Shown piece after piece: positions 10,846 through 19,453 of a DNA stretch of 19,453 nt (position 1 is the stretch's first letter; the number at the start of each line of letters is the position of its first letter). The stretch covers positions 1 to 19,453 of the forward strand of contig JBHGNT010000605.1 of NCBI GenBank assembly GCA_043228905.1, written 5' to 3'. The DNA is from Azolla caroliniana (lineage: Eukaryota; Plantae; Polypodiophyta). The notes below the pieces were generated by a model. That model saw only the letters and a list, made by a program, of their open reading frames with translations, ran no database searches and had not been told where the DNA came from. The position numbers were made by a program, and so were the translations under genes.

Positions 10846-11576
10846 AATCTATTGAAAAGTGTCATGGTGTGAGTGTTTTGCCCATGAACCCTCGACAAAT
10901 GGCTCTGAGAAGTTGTCGCCCTTGTGAAAATCATATGCAAACACAATAATATTTGGCATATAAATGTTGTCATGACAATACCAACTCATGGGCTTCGTTG
11001 ATAATATAAACCAGTGTCTAAGGAATAAGTTATTAATATATCAAATGTGTGAGCTTTTGGTCATGTGCATGGTTTCAAACCAATTAACTTACCGATACCA
11101 AATAGTTATAAACGATGGGATTTCATTTACTCACACTTCAACTAGTTAAAGATTACTTCTACTTCCTAGTTTATTACGAGCAAGATTACACAATTATAGA
11201 TACCTCTTGATTGTGCCTAATCTCAAAGGTTCTTTGGATAACATAAAAGGTAATACACAATAGGCGGAACTGAAACGATTGGAGTTTCATGCCATTTGGG
11301 ACAAAGACATATTTTATAGGCCGATTTCTGATAAGGTAGAATGGTTCTACTCTACACCGAAGTATTTATTTAATCCGACAATTAGAATTTAGAAAAGGGG
11401 CTCACTACTGAAAGGTACTAGTATCTTTTATGTATAGCCTTAGGGCCTTTCTTAATACTAATGTAGTATCTTTTTTTGGAAAAAAAATAAAATTACACGT
11501 ACGTCTTAAGCTTTATTTTTCAAACTTCTTCAATCAGTGGGTGTAATAAGTTCAAGAGTCATATGGTTTACAAAAA

Positions 11577-11685
11577 TCACTTAGATTCCATTATTATTGT
11601 CCTTGTTTTGGGAACTCGAGAACTCGATACATATATTTAGTTGGTCGGTTTAAGTAAGTCACTTAGGTTCCATTATTAATGTCCT
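11577..11685. repeat. 27-bp direct repeat (period 82)
   Basis: tcacttagattccattattattgtcct (11577-11603) vs tcacttaggttccattattaatgtcct (11659-11685), 2 mismatches. Confidence 0.75.
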
Positions 11686-13490
11686 CCTTATGGGGTTTCA
11701 ATGGGTATATTTAATGAGTTTATTTATGCATAGTGGTCACATATTATGACTCATGAGTGCACATTCATAGCCCCAATTGCGAGCATTGCCTTGTCTAAGG
11801 CAATATGATTGTTTTTAACCCTTGGGTTGGGGTAAACGAAATTGCAAAGCCCAATTGCTATAGGGTCTTTTATACTCATGGAGTTAAACCTCGAGTTGTG
11901 GAAATGAATGTCTAAGCCACACTTCAAAATGAAAACAGCTTGAATCCACAACCCATCATTGTTTATGTGTTTTTTTAAAAAAAATTAAGAATTACAAGAT
12001 TGGAACTTTGTATGTAAGTAAGAAATTGTTAGATTGAACTAGTGAGAGACTCGAAATTCTCATATGCTATGTATAAAGGATAGTTTTCATAATTGTGTTG
12101 TAGCACATTTTCAGTTTCTCAAGTTACACAAACCATAATTTTGTAACAATTATATTGTAAATAGATTCTTGTAGAGCACTTTATTCTCTTGATATTACAA
12201 ACAATTTAGAATATATATACATTATTTGTGTGAGTATACATTTGTAAATATATTTAAGCCTACCACCACAAAACCATGTTTTCATTTCACCCAAGTAAAA
12301 GTATATATATTCTAGTATGCAATGCTTGAAAGTTGAAAGTGTATTATTTTGGCAAATGCATTGAATATACTCGAGTATATATTTACGTTGATGTCCCCAT
12401 AACACGATGGACACAAGTATGTGATGTCAATCTTCAAGCTCCCATCCAACTTTTAGGTCATGGAAATAATTCATGTTAACACTCACTAGACATCTTCATA
12501 AGTTGACCACATTTATTTGACATAGACAAGTTACCCCATTTTGATTACCAATCAAATGCATTATTGAATTACCATGACTCACAGAGATAAATTATGTTAT
12601 TGGACATTATCTTCTCTATTTGGATGTCAATAGTACCCCTTGGGCCCTGACTAGTCCTTGGGAAGTAGACACCTTTCTCTTGACACCATCTATGAAGCAC
12701 CATATCTCACACATGAAGACCCTCTTATCACATGGCATCATATGTGTTATTGGCAAATTGAAAATTTTCTTTTGTTAATTGGAGCTAGGGAAAGCCAACA
12801 TAGATGTATATCCCAACAATGAGGTCCATAAACCAACCGTGCCATGCTAGGGGAACAACTGAAGAGAGTTGTAGTTGCTAACACACAATATATTGTAAGA
12901 TATATGATTGATCACCATCTGTCTAATGATGAATCTTGGGTGACCCGACAATTTGTTATGGAAGATTCCTCTCTTGGCTCTCTTTTTTATTGGAGATATG
13001 AGCACATTGAGACACCTCCTTGAGGGGTTTATACCCCGATTGATTGTATTGCAATGCTTGTTTCTCAACGCCATGGTCAATATCTATGTTTCCTATTGTA
13101 TTAGGATGTCTTGCTCAAATATTACTTGTAATGGGGTTTTCAAATCCCAATATTGCATTAATGTATTGTATTAGAATGTGGGGATCAAACTCATGGCATT
13201 ATTTGACAATGCTACCAAGGAAAATCTCTTTTCAATATTTCTCTCATGTCAATAAACTTATCTTAGTGGTATCTAATATTTAGGTTAACAAATATGGGTT
13301 GGGTTAAAAACCATTGTTTTTGTTATTATGTTATCTGGCCATAGTGGTCGACACCACAAATAAATTGTGTTTTCTTTTTCTCCAAATCTAACTTAAAATT
13401 TACATTAGGTACTTGCAAAAAGACACAATTTAATGGTATGGATAAATCTTGTGAAGAGACAATGAGCTTATGGATAGTTTACTCACTAGG

Positions 13491-13491
<1 letters not shown>

Positions 13492-13522
<31 letters not shown>
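13492..13522. repeat. (CA)n microsatellite
   Basis: Directly visible, about 15 units. Confidence 0.9.
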
Positions 13523-13523
<1 letters not shown>

Positions 13524-13673
13524 ACATGGATATTAAAAGTCAGGCTAAGAGAGGATGTAGTTTGTGCACTGTATCATGTCTTTGGTGACTTTGATACCTA
13601 CATTTTAAAACAATGGGAAACAAGATTCCACGAGCTAAAAAACACACGCGTCTACTATGAAAGAATTGACAAC

Positions 13674-14255
13674 ATATGTGTCACATAAGAAACTTTAATA
13701 CAAGGACACATAGTACAACACATGCAAGAAGGTATCTAGTCAGAATGCGCGGATACTCAGTTCGAAACGCGGATCGAATCAAAGAAATGGAATGTTTGTG
13801 CAACGCATACTCTCTGAAGTGAATGATGCCTTGTTTGACTTGGGATATCTTTTCTCCAAGAAACATGAAAAGAAAAAGACAATGAGAATGCAAAATAAAA
13901 CAAACATGTGAATGCATTGACTATATATGTGTCACATGAGAAACTTTAACACAAGGAGACACATTACAAAAGGGACACACCATGAAGACATCCTGGACCT
14001 AGGTGTATTGTGTCATTCTGAATGCACGAATGCTACTCGAGACCACCATTCTCAATGCACATATACCGCATCTGGGCAACTACTGGCTCCATGTATATGT
14101 CACATAAGAAACTTTTAAAAACAAGGAGACATATTACAAATGGGCGCACCATGGAGACATCCTGGTGTATTGTGTCCTTCCGAATGCACGGATATCGGAG
14201 CCCGACATTCTAAATGCACGTAAACGGCATCCGAGCAACTCCCGATCCGATCCAA
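13674..14255. repeat. Diverged tandem repeat, ~170-bp unit, 3 copies
   Basis: The anchor gtcacat(a/g)agaaacttt..acaagga occurs at 13680, 13931 and 14099. Copies 2 and 3 align along their length (caccatg.agacatcctgg..gtgtattgtgtc.ttc.gaatgcacg..cattct.aatgcac..gcatc.g.gcaact). Confidence 0.85.
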
Positions 14256-14888
14256 AGGATCAAAATGTTTCTATTGTAGCAAGCAAATACACACTATTCA
14301 TACAAAGGGCACAAGAAGTAGTAGTGGATAAGTTTATACAGAAATCAAGAAATCCATATGTGGTCAAAGTAGTTTTTACTTTGAGATATTGATCTTAGGC
14401 TTGATCTTAAAAATTAACCTTGAGCTTAATCTTTAAGAAGCAAAGACGTGTGTTGATTAGTAATTTTTAGTGATAAGATTAGCAAACCCAAAATTGCTTG
14501 CTTTTTTGCTGGTCATGGGAAAGCCCTGCCCTGCAAATGCAAGCTGCCAATTGGTAGTGTTAAAATCCAAATTTCTGTACAGACCCAAAAAAATATATGT
14601 ATATATATATATTTTTAAAGCCTATATCATGGTTTTGTTTCTGTGTTTTAATGATGTTTCTGTTGGTGGTGTAACATAAATCTGAATTGAGGCGGGGGGA
14701 TCATGCCATTTGTAATACATTGAATGATATGTGAAGGAATTACACATGATTGGGTTAGTTACTGAGCTAGGGGGCTGATTCAGACAGTGTAAGTAAGTGA
14801 TCTCAAATTTGAAAGCAATGAAGGTGATTGATGATGGGGATAGTTATAGTTATAGTTATGGTTATGGATGATTGATCCCATATCCACA

Positions 14889-15833
14889 TCACCTGCGATG
14901 GTGCGGGGATGCCGAACCCGGAGCCCCGGAGGTGCTGTACTGCATTTGGCCCGGAGGTGCCGTCGGGCTCGTGGCGGTACACCCATCTGTATGCCAGCCA
15001 CCTTGCTCGGATCTCCCGGTAGCGCCCCCGCCCATCAGGTTGAGAGGCGCGCCCGAGGAGCCTGCCCCACCATTGTGGTGGTGGTGGTGGTGGTTCTTGG
15101 CCGAGGCCGGCCGCCCTCTCGGCGTACTGCTGTTGCTCGAATTGTGCAGAACCTCGGCCAGTGGCCCGCCCACACCCGAGTTTCCGCTGTTATGATCGTT
15201 GTGGTGGTTGCGGCCGCCCCACGTGATGGGCACCCATGACATGGTAGTGCCGCCGTGATGACCCGGACCCCCCGACCGGCCCGCCAAGAAAACCCCTTCC
15301 TCCGACCGCGGTTGCTCGTGCTGAATTATAGCCACCTCTTCTTCATTGGCCAGCAGAGTGCCCACCCCCAGTCCCATGTGTGTCGCGGCCGCTTCTAATT
15401 GATCCCCCGACCCGCCCCCGCCTCCCTGGCCGCTTGCGTTCGACGATGACATCATCGACAACTTCAAGGCCGGGCCAGCCAGCTTGCCACGTGGCGAGCT
15501 CCCATTCGACGACGATGCCGAACCCCCAAACCGCTCTGCCCCCCCGCCTGCCTGGCACCCAATTGGGATCGAGATCGACAGCTGTGTCGTGGACGAGCCC
15601 CTGTTCGTCCGGTGCTCATCATCCACCAGGTTTTGGTCCATCACATCTTCGTCAGCCGGCCAGGCGAGCCCCGTGGACGATGTTGCGTCCGGCCGGCTCC
15701 GTGGCCAATCGTCGAAGAAGTGCCGGAGTGGCTGTCCCGCCTGGTCCGGGTCTCGCCCGGCCGCATTGTCATCGAATGCCCCGAGAAAAGACTGCGCCTG
15801 CTCCTGCTGCTGCTGGTAATGAGGAGGAGGATT
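14889..15833 (-). CDS. GRF: GRF exon 5 (FFD, TQL, GGPL)
   Basis: Acceptor TTTTGACAAG|AAT, with in-frame CAG alternatives from 15812. The frame is open to TGA at 14889. Confidence 0.87.
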   Translation of the reverse strand, partial: NPPPHYQQQQEQAQSFLGAFDDNAAGRDPDQAGQPLRHFFDDWPRSRPDATSSTGLAWPADEDVMDQNLVDDEHRTNRGSSTTQLSISIPIGCQAGGGAERFGGSASSSNGSSPRGKLAGPALKLSMMSSSNASGQGGGGGSGDQLEAAATHMGLGVGTLLANEEEVAIIQHEQPRSEEGVFLAGRSGGPGHHGGTTMSWVPITWGGRNHHNDHNSGNSGVGGPLAEVLHNSSNSSTPRGRPASAKNHHHHHHNGGAGSSGAPLNLMGGGATGRSEQGGWHTDGCTATSPTAPPGQMQYSTSGAPGSASPHHRR

Positions 15834-17022
15834 CTTGTCAAAACACCAGAAAAAATATAGGGTTTGTATTATGAATCTGACTCAGAAATGCTAGACCTAA
15901 GTTCTAACAATGGCTGGGAATTCCTACATTTTATATGTCCCTCCACATACAAATTGAGCTTAGTCTCAAAGGTCTTAATTACTACCTTAGATTGCATCAC
16001 AGATCTCATCATTAGACTGGGCTCATTGATGGCACCGGCTGATCCCCCGTGTGCCGACATCCCGCTGCTCAAGCTCGATGGCGACTCGAGGCTGAGCCCA
16101 CGAGCATCGGAGAAGAAAGTACTCGGCTCTTGGCTGCCTAAGTCGGTCCCACATACATAACTACTACAAATTCCATGGTCGATTTTTACACAACCCAACA
16201 ATTTGTTAGCTGTTGTTGGTCCGAAGAAAAAAGCTTAGAAATCAGGGCGGCTGCAAAAGCCTACACTCACCGCAAATCGGGCCTCGTGGATGGAGGTGTA
16301 CTCGTGCCACCACCGCCAAATTGATGGTGGTGGTGCTGATTTGGGAAACTAGCTGCCGTGGTGGAGGCGATGGAGAGCGCACCGCCTCCTCCTCCTCCTC
16401 CGGTGGCATGGCCGGACATTTGGTGGCCTCCTCCTCCTCCTACTGGATTGATGAAGCTGGAGGTGGCTGGATGGCGGAGCGGCGTGCCGGGCGCAGAATG
16501 GCCGGACGTTGGTGGTAGCTGGCCACCCAATCGGCTACCACCACCACCACCACTAGCGCATGAGATGCCAGAATTAGGCATCGCGGCCGAGGCGGTGGCG
16601 GACGAGGGATTTATAGATGACCCGCTATTGGTAGTTGCCGTGTTCGTGTTGGCGGCTAACTGGCCGGCCTCGGGAGCTAGCTTCCGTGCCCTATGCCGGC
16701 CTCTATGCATGTGGCGCTCGCAGTACTTCTGATCCGGGACCACGTCCCGGGAGCACCGCCACTTCTTGCCGTCAGTGCGGCGGCATCGGCCGGGCTCCGG
16801 GTCGAACGAATTGCCGCCATACCCCAAGTGAAAATGACCCCATCCAACTGCCCACCACCAAATATGTTGTTATTTATCATATCTAATCAACACAGCTAGT
16901 CTCCCATCACTGATTAATGTCAAGCAGTTTTTAACAATGACAGTGGAGAAGGTTTTGTAATGTGACTTTAAAAAAAATATGCCCCAATGCACCTTAACTA
17001 TACCAGAACATTTTATGCATCT

Positions 17023-17055
<33 letters not shown>

Positions 17056-18300
17056 ATATGCATAACTCTGTCTCCCTTGTGCAAACTCTACCTTGAGAAA
17101 TGGGAAATTGAGCAATCCCTAAAGAAAGAAAGAAAGAAAAAACACAAAATTTGTCTAAACTTGAGCAAACCCTAAAGAAAGGAATGTGGATTGTCACTTA
17201 CGGCTAGCCGCGACACTCGTCCGGATGGGGAGGGAGAGCTCGGGGGGCACGTTCACGCCGCACATGAGGTGCTTGAATATGAGTGCGTGCAACTGAAGCT
17301 CGCGAAGCTGGCTCGCCGTAAAAATATTGGCCGCCTGTGCCATCAGATCGGCATCATGCGCAACACCCCCTCCGGCCGCCATCATCATATAATTCGCCCC
17401 GTGACCTAGGAGACAACAACAAAGAATCACATAAAGATGTTTTTTGTGTGTGTCACTAGTAGCATTAGATTTAGCTGATGGAGGAATATATATATAGTTA
17501 GGGCTAATACATTACTAGGATTATAGCGAAGAAGCTAGACTTTCTGATTGCAATGATAATCGTATATGGCTATAAGGTTGGTTTGTATGAGTAACTAAGG
17601 TAGACCCCAACATGACAATTGTGCATTGGTTTGAAGGCTTTTAGGGTTTCGATCCATGACAATTAATTGTGCTGATTCCATGGCAGTTAATTTGTGCCAA
17701 TTCGGGACATCGCAATTAGGGATTCGCCAAGGATCGGGAATTTTTTTTGTGGGGTCCATTCTCAATTATGGATGAATAGTGTACAAAATGGAATGAATTG
17801 TGGTGGGTAATACTGAACCCCCATGGATGATCCATAGGGGGGGAGTTTTTTTTAATTTTTTTACCTTGATTGTATAACCCCATGGCTCTTTGTGCATTGC
17901 CCATGTAGGAGGCCATTGCAAGAGCTTCGGCATTCATGGAGCGGCCACACGAAGAGCTCATGATGTAGGACCTCATGGCGGCAGCTTCCTGCTGGTCCTG
18001 CTGCATATTGGTATAGCTCCCATCATTCCCGAGTAATGCACAACCGTCGGATGTGGTCGAGCTCGTGGTCGGGGAGCATCCCGCACCTCCGAGTGGCCGG
18101 CCATTGTTATTGTCCGGTTGGCCGGCCATCGAATTGCTACGGACTAAAGACACGCCGCCCACCGACACCATATTATTCATCGGCCCGGCATTGCTGCTCC
18201 CGAAGTTGGCCACCATTTTCAGGGGAAAAGAGACGAGATCGGTGCGGGCCGCGAGCTTCATCGATCCGAACCTGTCATCGCCTCGTGGATCGAAGTCCAT
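14889..18300 (-). CDS. GRF: GROWTH-REGULATING FACTOR transcription factor, ~778 aa; join(complement 17865..18300, 17202..17405, 16271..16847, 15986..16160, 14889..15833)
   Basis: Contains QLQ ([29 protein letters not shown]), WRC ([36 protein letters not shown]), FFD ([11 protein letters not shown]), TQL (TTQLSISIP) and GGPL (GGPLAEVL) motifs in canonical order. All four GT-AG introns have matching phases (1,1,2,0); total 2337 nt. Confidence 0.93.
15986..16160 (-). CDS. GRF: GRF exon 4
   Basis: Acceptor TAGTAG|T gives [16 protein letters not shown], like the GRF 'RY.YG..EH.FF.EASG' block; donor AAG|GTAGTA. Confidence 0.8.
16271..16847 (-). CDS. GRF: GRF exon 3 (WRC domain)
   Basis: Acceptor GGGCAG|TT gives [32 protein letters not shown]; donor CG|GTGAGT. 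Confidence 0.92.
17023..17046. repeat. (TA)n microsatellite in GRF intron 2
   Basis: Directly visible, about 12 units. Confidence 0.9.
17202..17405 (-). CDS. GRF: GRF exon 2 (QLQ domain)
   Basis: Acceptor TGTCTCCTAG|GT, donor C|GTAAGT; QLQ domain in frame. Confidence 0.9.
17865..18300 (-). CDS. GRF: GRF exon 1
   Basis: The first in-frame ATG is at 18300 ([19 protein letters not shown], motifs typical of GRF N-termini). Donor CAAG|GTAAAA. Confidence 0.8.
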
Positions 18301-18738
18301 GGGAATGTTTTGTGGTAATGCAGGAGGACACAGTATAAATGTCAGAAGCTTGAGGGGGAAGAAATGGTTTTTTATGCGTATCTTAATGTAAGCTGACAAG
18401 GGGGGGGGGGGGAACTATAATTAGAGATGGCGGATCCAGAATCTGAGAAAGGACAAATCAGGGGGGGGTTGATGCAGAGCTTCTGCAAATGAAGGGGGAA
18501 AGAGTAGAGTGGGGTGGGAGCAGAGTTCAATGAAGAACAGAAGGAATTACTGGTAGATAATTAGAACCTGTCTGTCAGGGAAGGGGAGAGGGAACTTAGA
18601 AGAGAGAGGAAGAAAGGTGGGAGGGAAAAAAGGAAAAGGAAAAAGAAAAGAAAAGAAAAGAAAAATGCAAGCTGAATTATGGTGCAGAGGATGATCGGGT
18701 GCTGCAGGCTGAATGGCAAGCAGAAGCCATAGCTAAAG

Positions 18739-18740
<2 letters not shown>

Positions 18741-18788
<48 letters not shown>
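18741..18788. repeat. (GT)24 microsatellite within the GA-rich GRF leader/promoter
   Basis: Directly visible; flanked by GA-rich tracts at ~18585-18665 and ~18820-18900. Confidence 0.92.
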
Positions 18789-18790
<2 letters not shown>

Positions 18791-19160
18791 TAAATTTGAC
18801 TGATGAAGAGTGTGCTGCAGAGAGAAACAGGGGAGGGAGTGGTAGGGAAGAGAAGAAAGAGAAAGGATCAGACAGAGAGAAGAGAGAGAAAGAGAGAGAC
18901 AGGTTTTAAGGGAGCCAAGGAAGGTGCTGCTGGTGCAGGAGGAAGCAGGAGGGAGCATAGAAAGCAACCCTTACAAAGCAACGAAAGGGCTTGGGGGGCC
19001 CCATGTGAATCGCCCCTTAGATAGAGACAGAGAGGTAGAGCGATAGAGAGTTGAAGGGGAGGTGTGCGCCTGGTCTTGTCCGGACAAGTCTGAAAAGGGC
19101 AATTTGTGTCTGAAAAGCCCCCCCGCGCCCGACCGATCCCTTATCGTTTGAACACGAGGC

Positions 19161-19381
19161 CACGTGACCCCCTCTCTTCTTTCCTTCTTTTTTTCCCCTT
19201 ACCGTACGTCAGCTGCAATCCAACGAACTCGAAAAACCCCAAAAAATAAAACAACAAACAATTTTTTTTAACATATTTAACCGGATAATATATATATATA
19301 TATTAAAAAAGCATTAGTAAAACCGAATTTAAAAAAGAACCAAAATTTTCGAGATAGACCGTCGGAAGAGTTGCACGTGTC
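19161..19381. promoter_or_regulatory. Candidate GRF upstream regulatory region with G-boxes/ABRE and a TA-rich tract
   Basis: CACGTG at 19161-19166 and 19374-19379 (ACGTGTC ABRE core at 19375-19381); (TA)n tract at ~19289-19303. Motif presence only. Confidence 0.4.
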
Positions 19382-19453
19382 ACCTGGAGATGTGATCCAC
19401 GTCGGACGACCCCTCTCCCGTAGAAGCTTTGGACAATACCGCTAAGCCTGCTT

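Noticed and set aside
13674-14255. Repeated units as a CRISPR-like array
   Set aside because: The units are long, diverged and irregularly spaced, the context is eukaryotic, and there are no cas genes.
14868-16899. Numerous overlapping plus-strand and alternative-frame ORFs over GRF exons
   Set aside because: Expected from the high GC and Gly/His/Pro triplet repeats; only one frame carries GRF motifs.
18301-18399. N-terminal extension of GRF exon 1 in the ORF track (MSAYIKIR...)
   Set aside because: It begins at TTG; the first in-frame ATG is at 18300.
18800-18830. CTGATGA...GAAAC spacing suggestive of a hammerhead ribozyme
   Set aside because: The intervening sequence cannot close stem II (A opposite A), and no stem I/III or cleavage triplet was found; it lies in a GA-rich tract.

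Overview
Eukaryotic land-plant nuclear DNA; gene style and repeat remnants suggest a fern, but this is inference. The window holds two intact minus-strand developmental regulators. The first is an OBERON3/4 (TITANIA)-like PHD-finger gene with 2 exons, join(complement 5847..9048, 4931..5478), about 1249 aa. The second is a GROWTH-REGULATING FACTOR (GRF) gene with 5 coding exons over 14889..18300, about 778 aa, carrying QLQ, WRC, FFD, TQL and GGPL motifs. Positions 1-2396 contain two head-to-tail, degenerate Ty1/copia (Tnt1/Tork-like) LTR-PBS-gag units. The intergenic DNA has further decayed retroelement remnants, microsatellites and a ~170-bp tandem repeat. The most notable points are that the GRF has lost its miR396 target site, has a non-canonical QLQ, and has telo-boxes in 3 of 4 introns plus GRF-type TGTCAG sites upstream of its ATG. 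The OBERON-like protein carries an RS-dipeptide tract and a tiny upstream ORF. I see no evidence of a wholly new biological system; the findings are regulatory or evolutionary oddities of known gene families.
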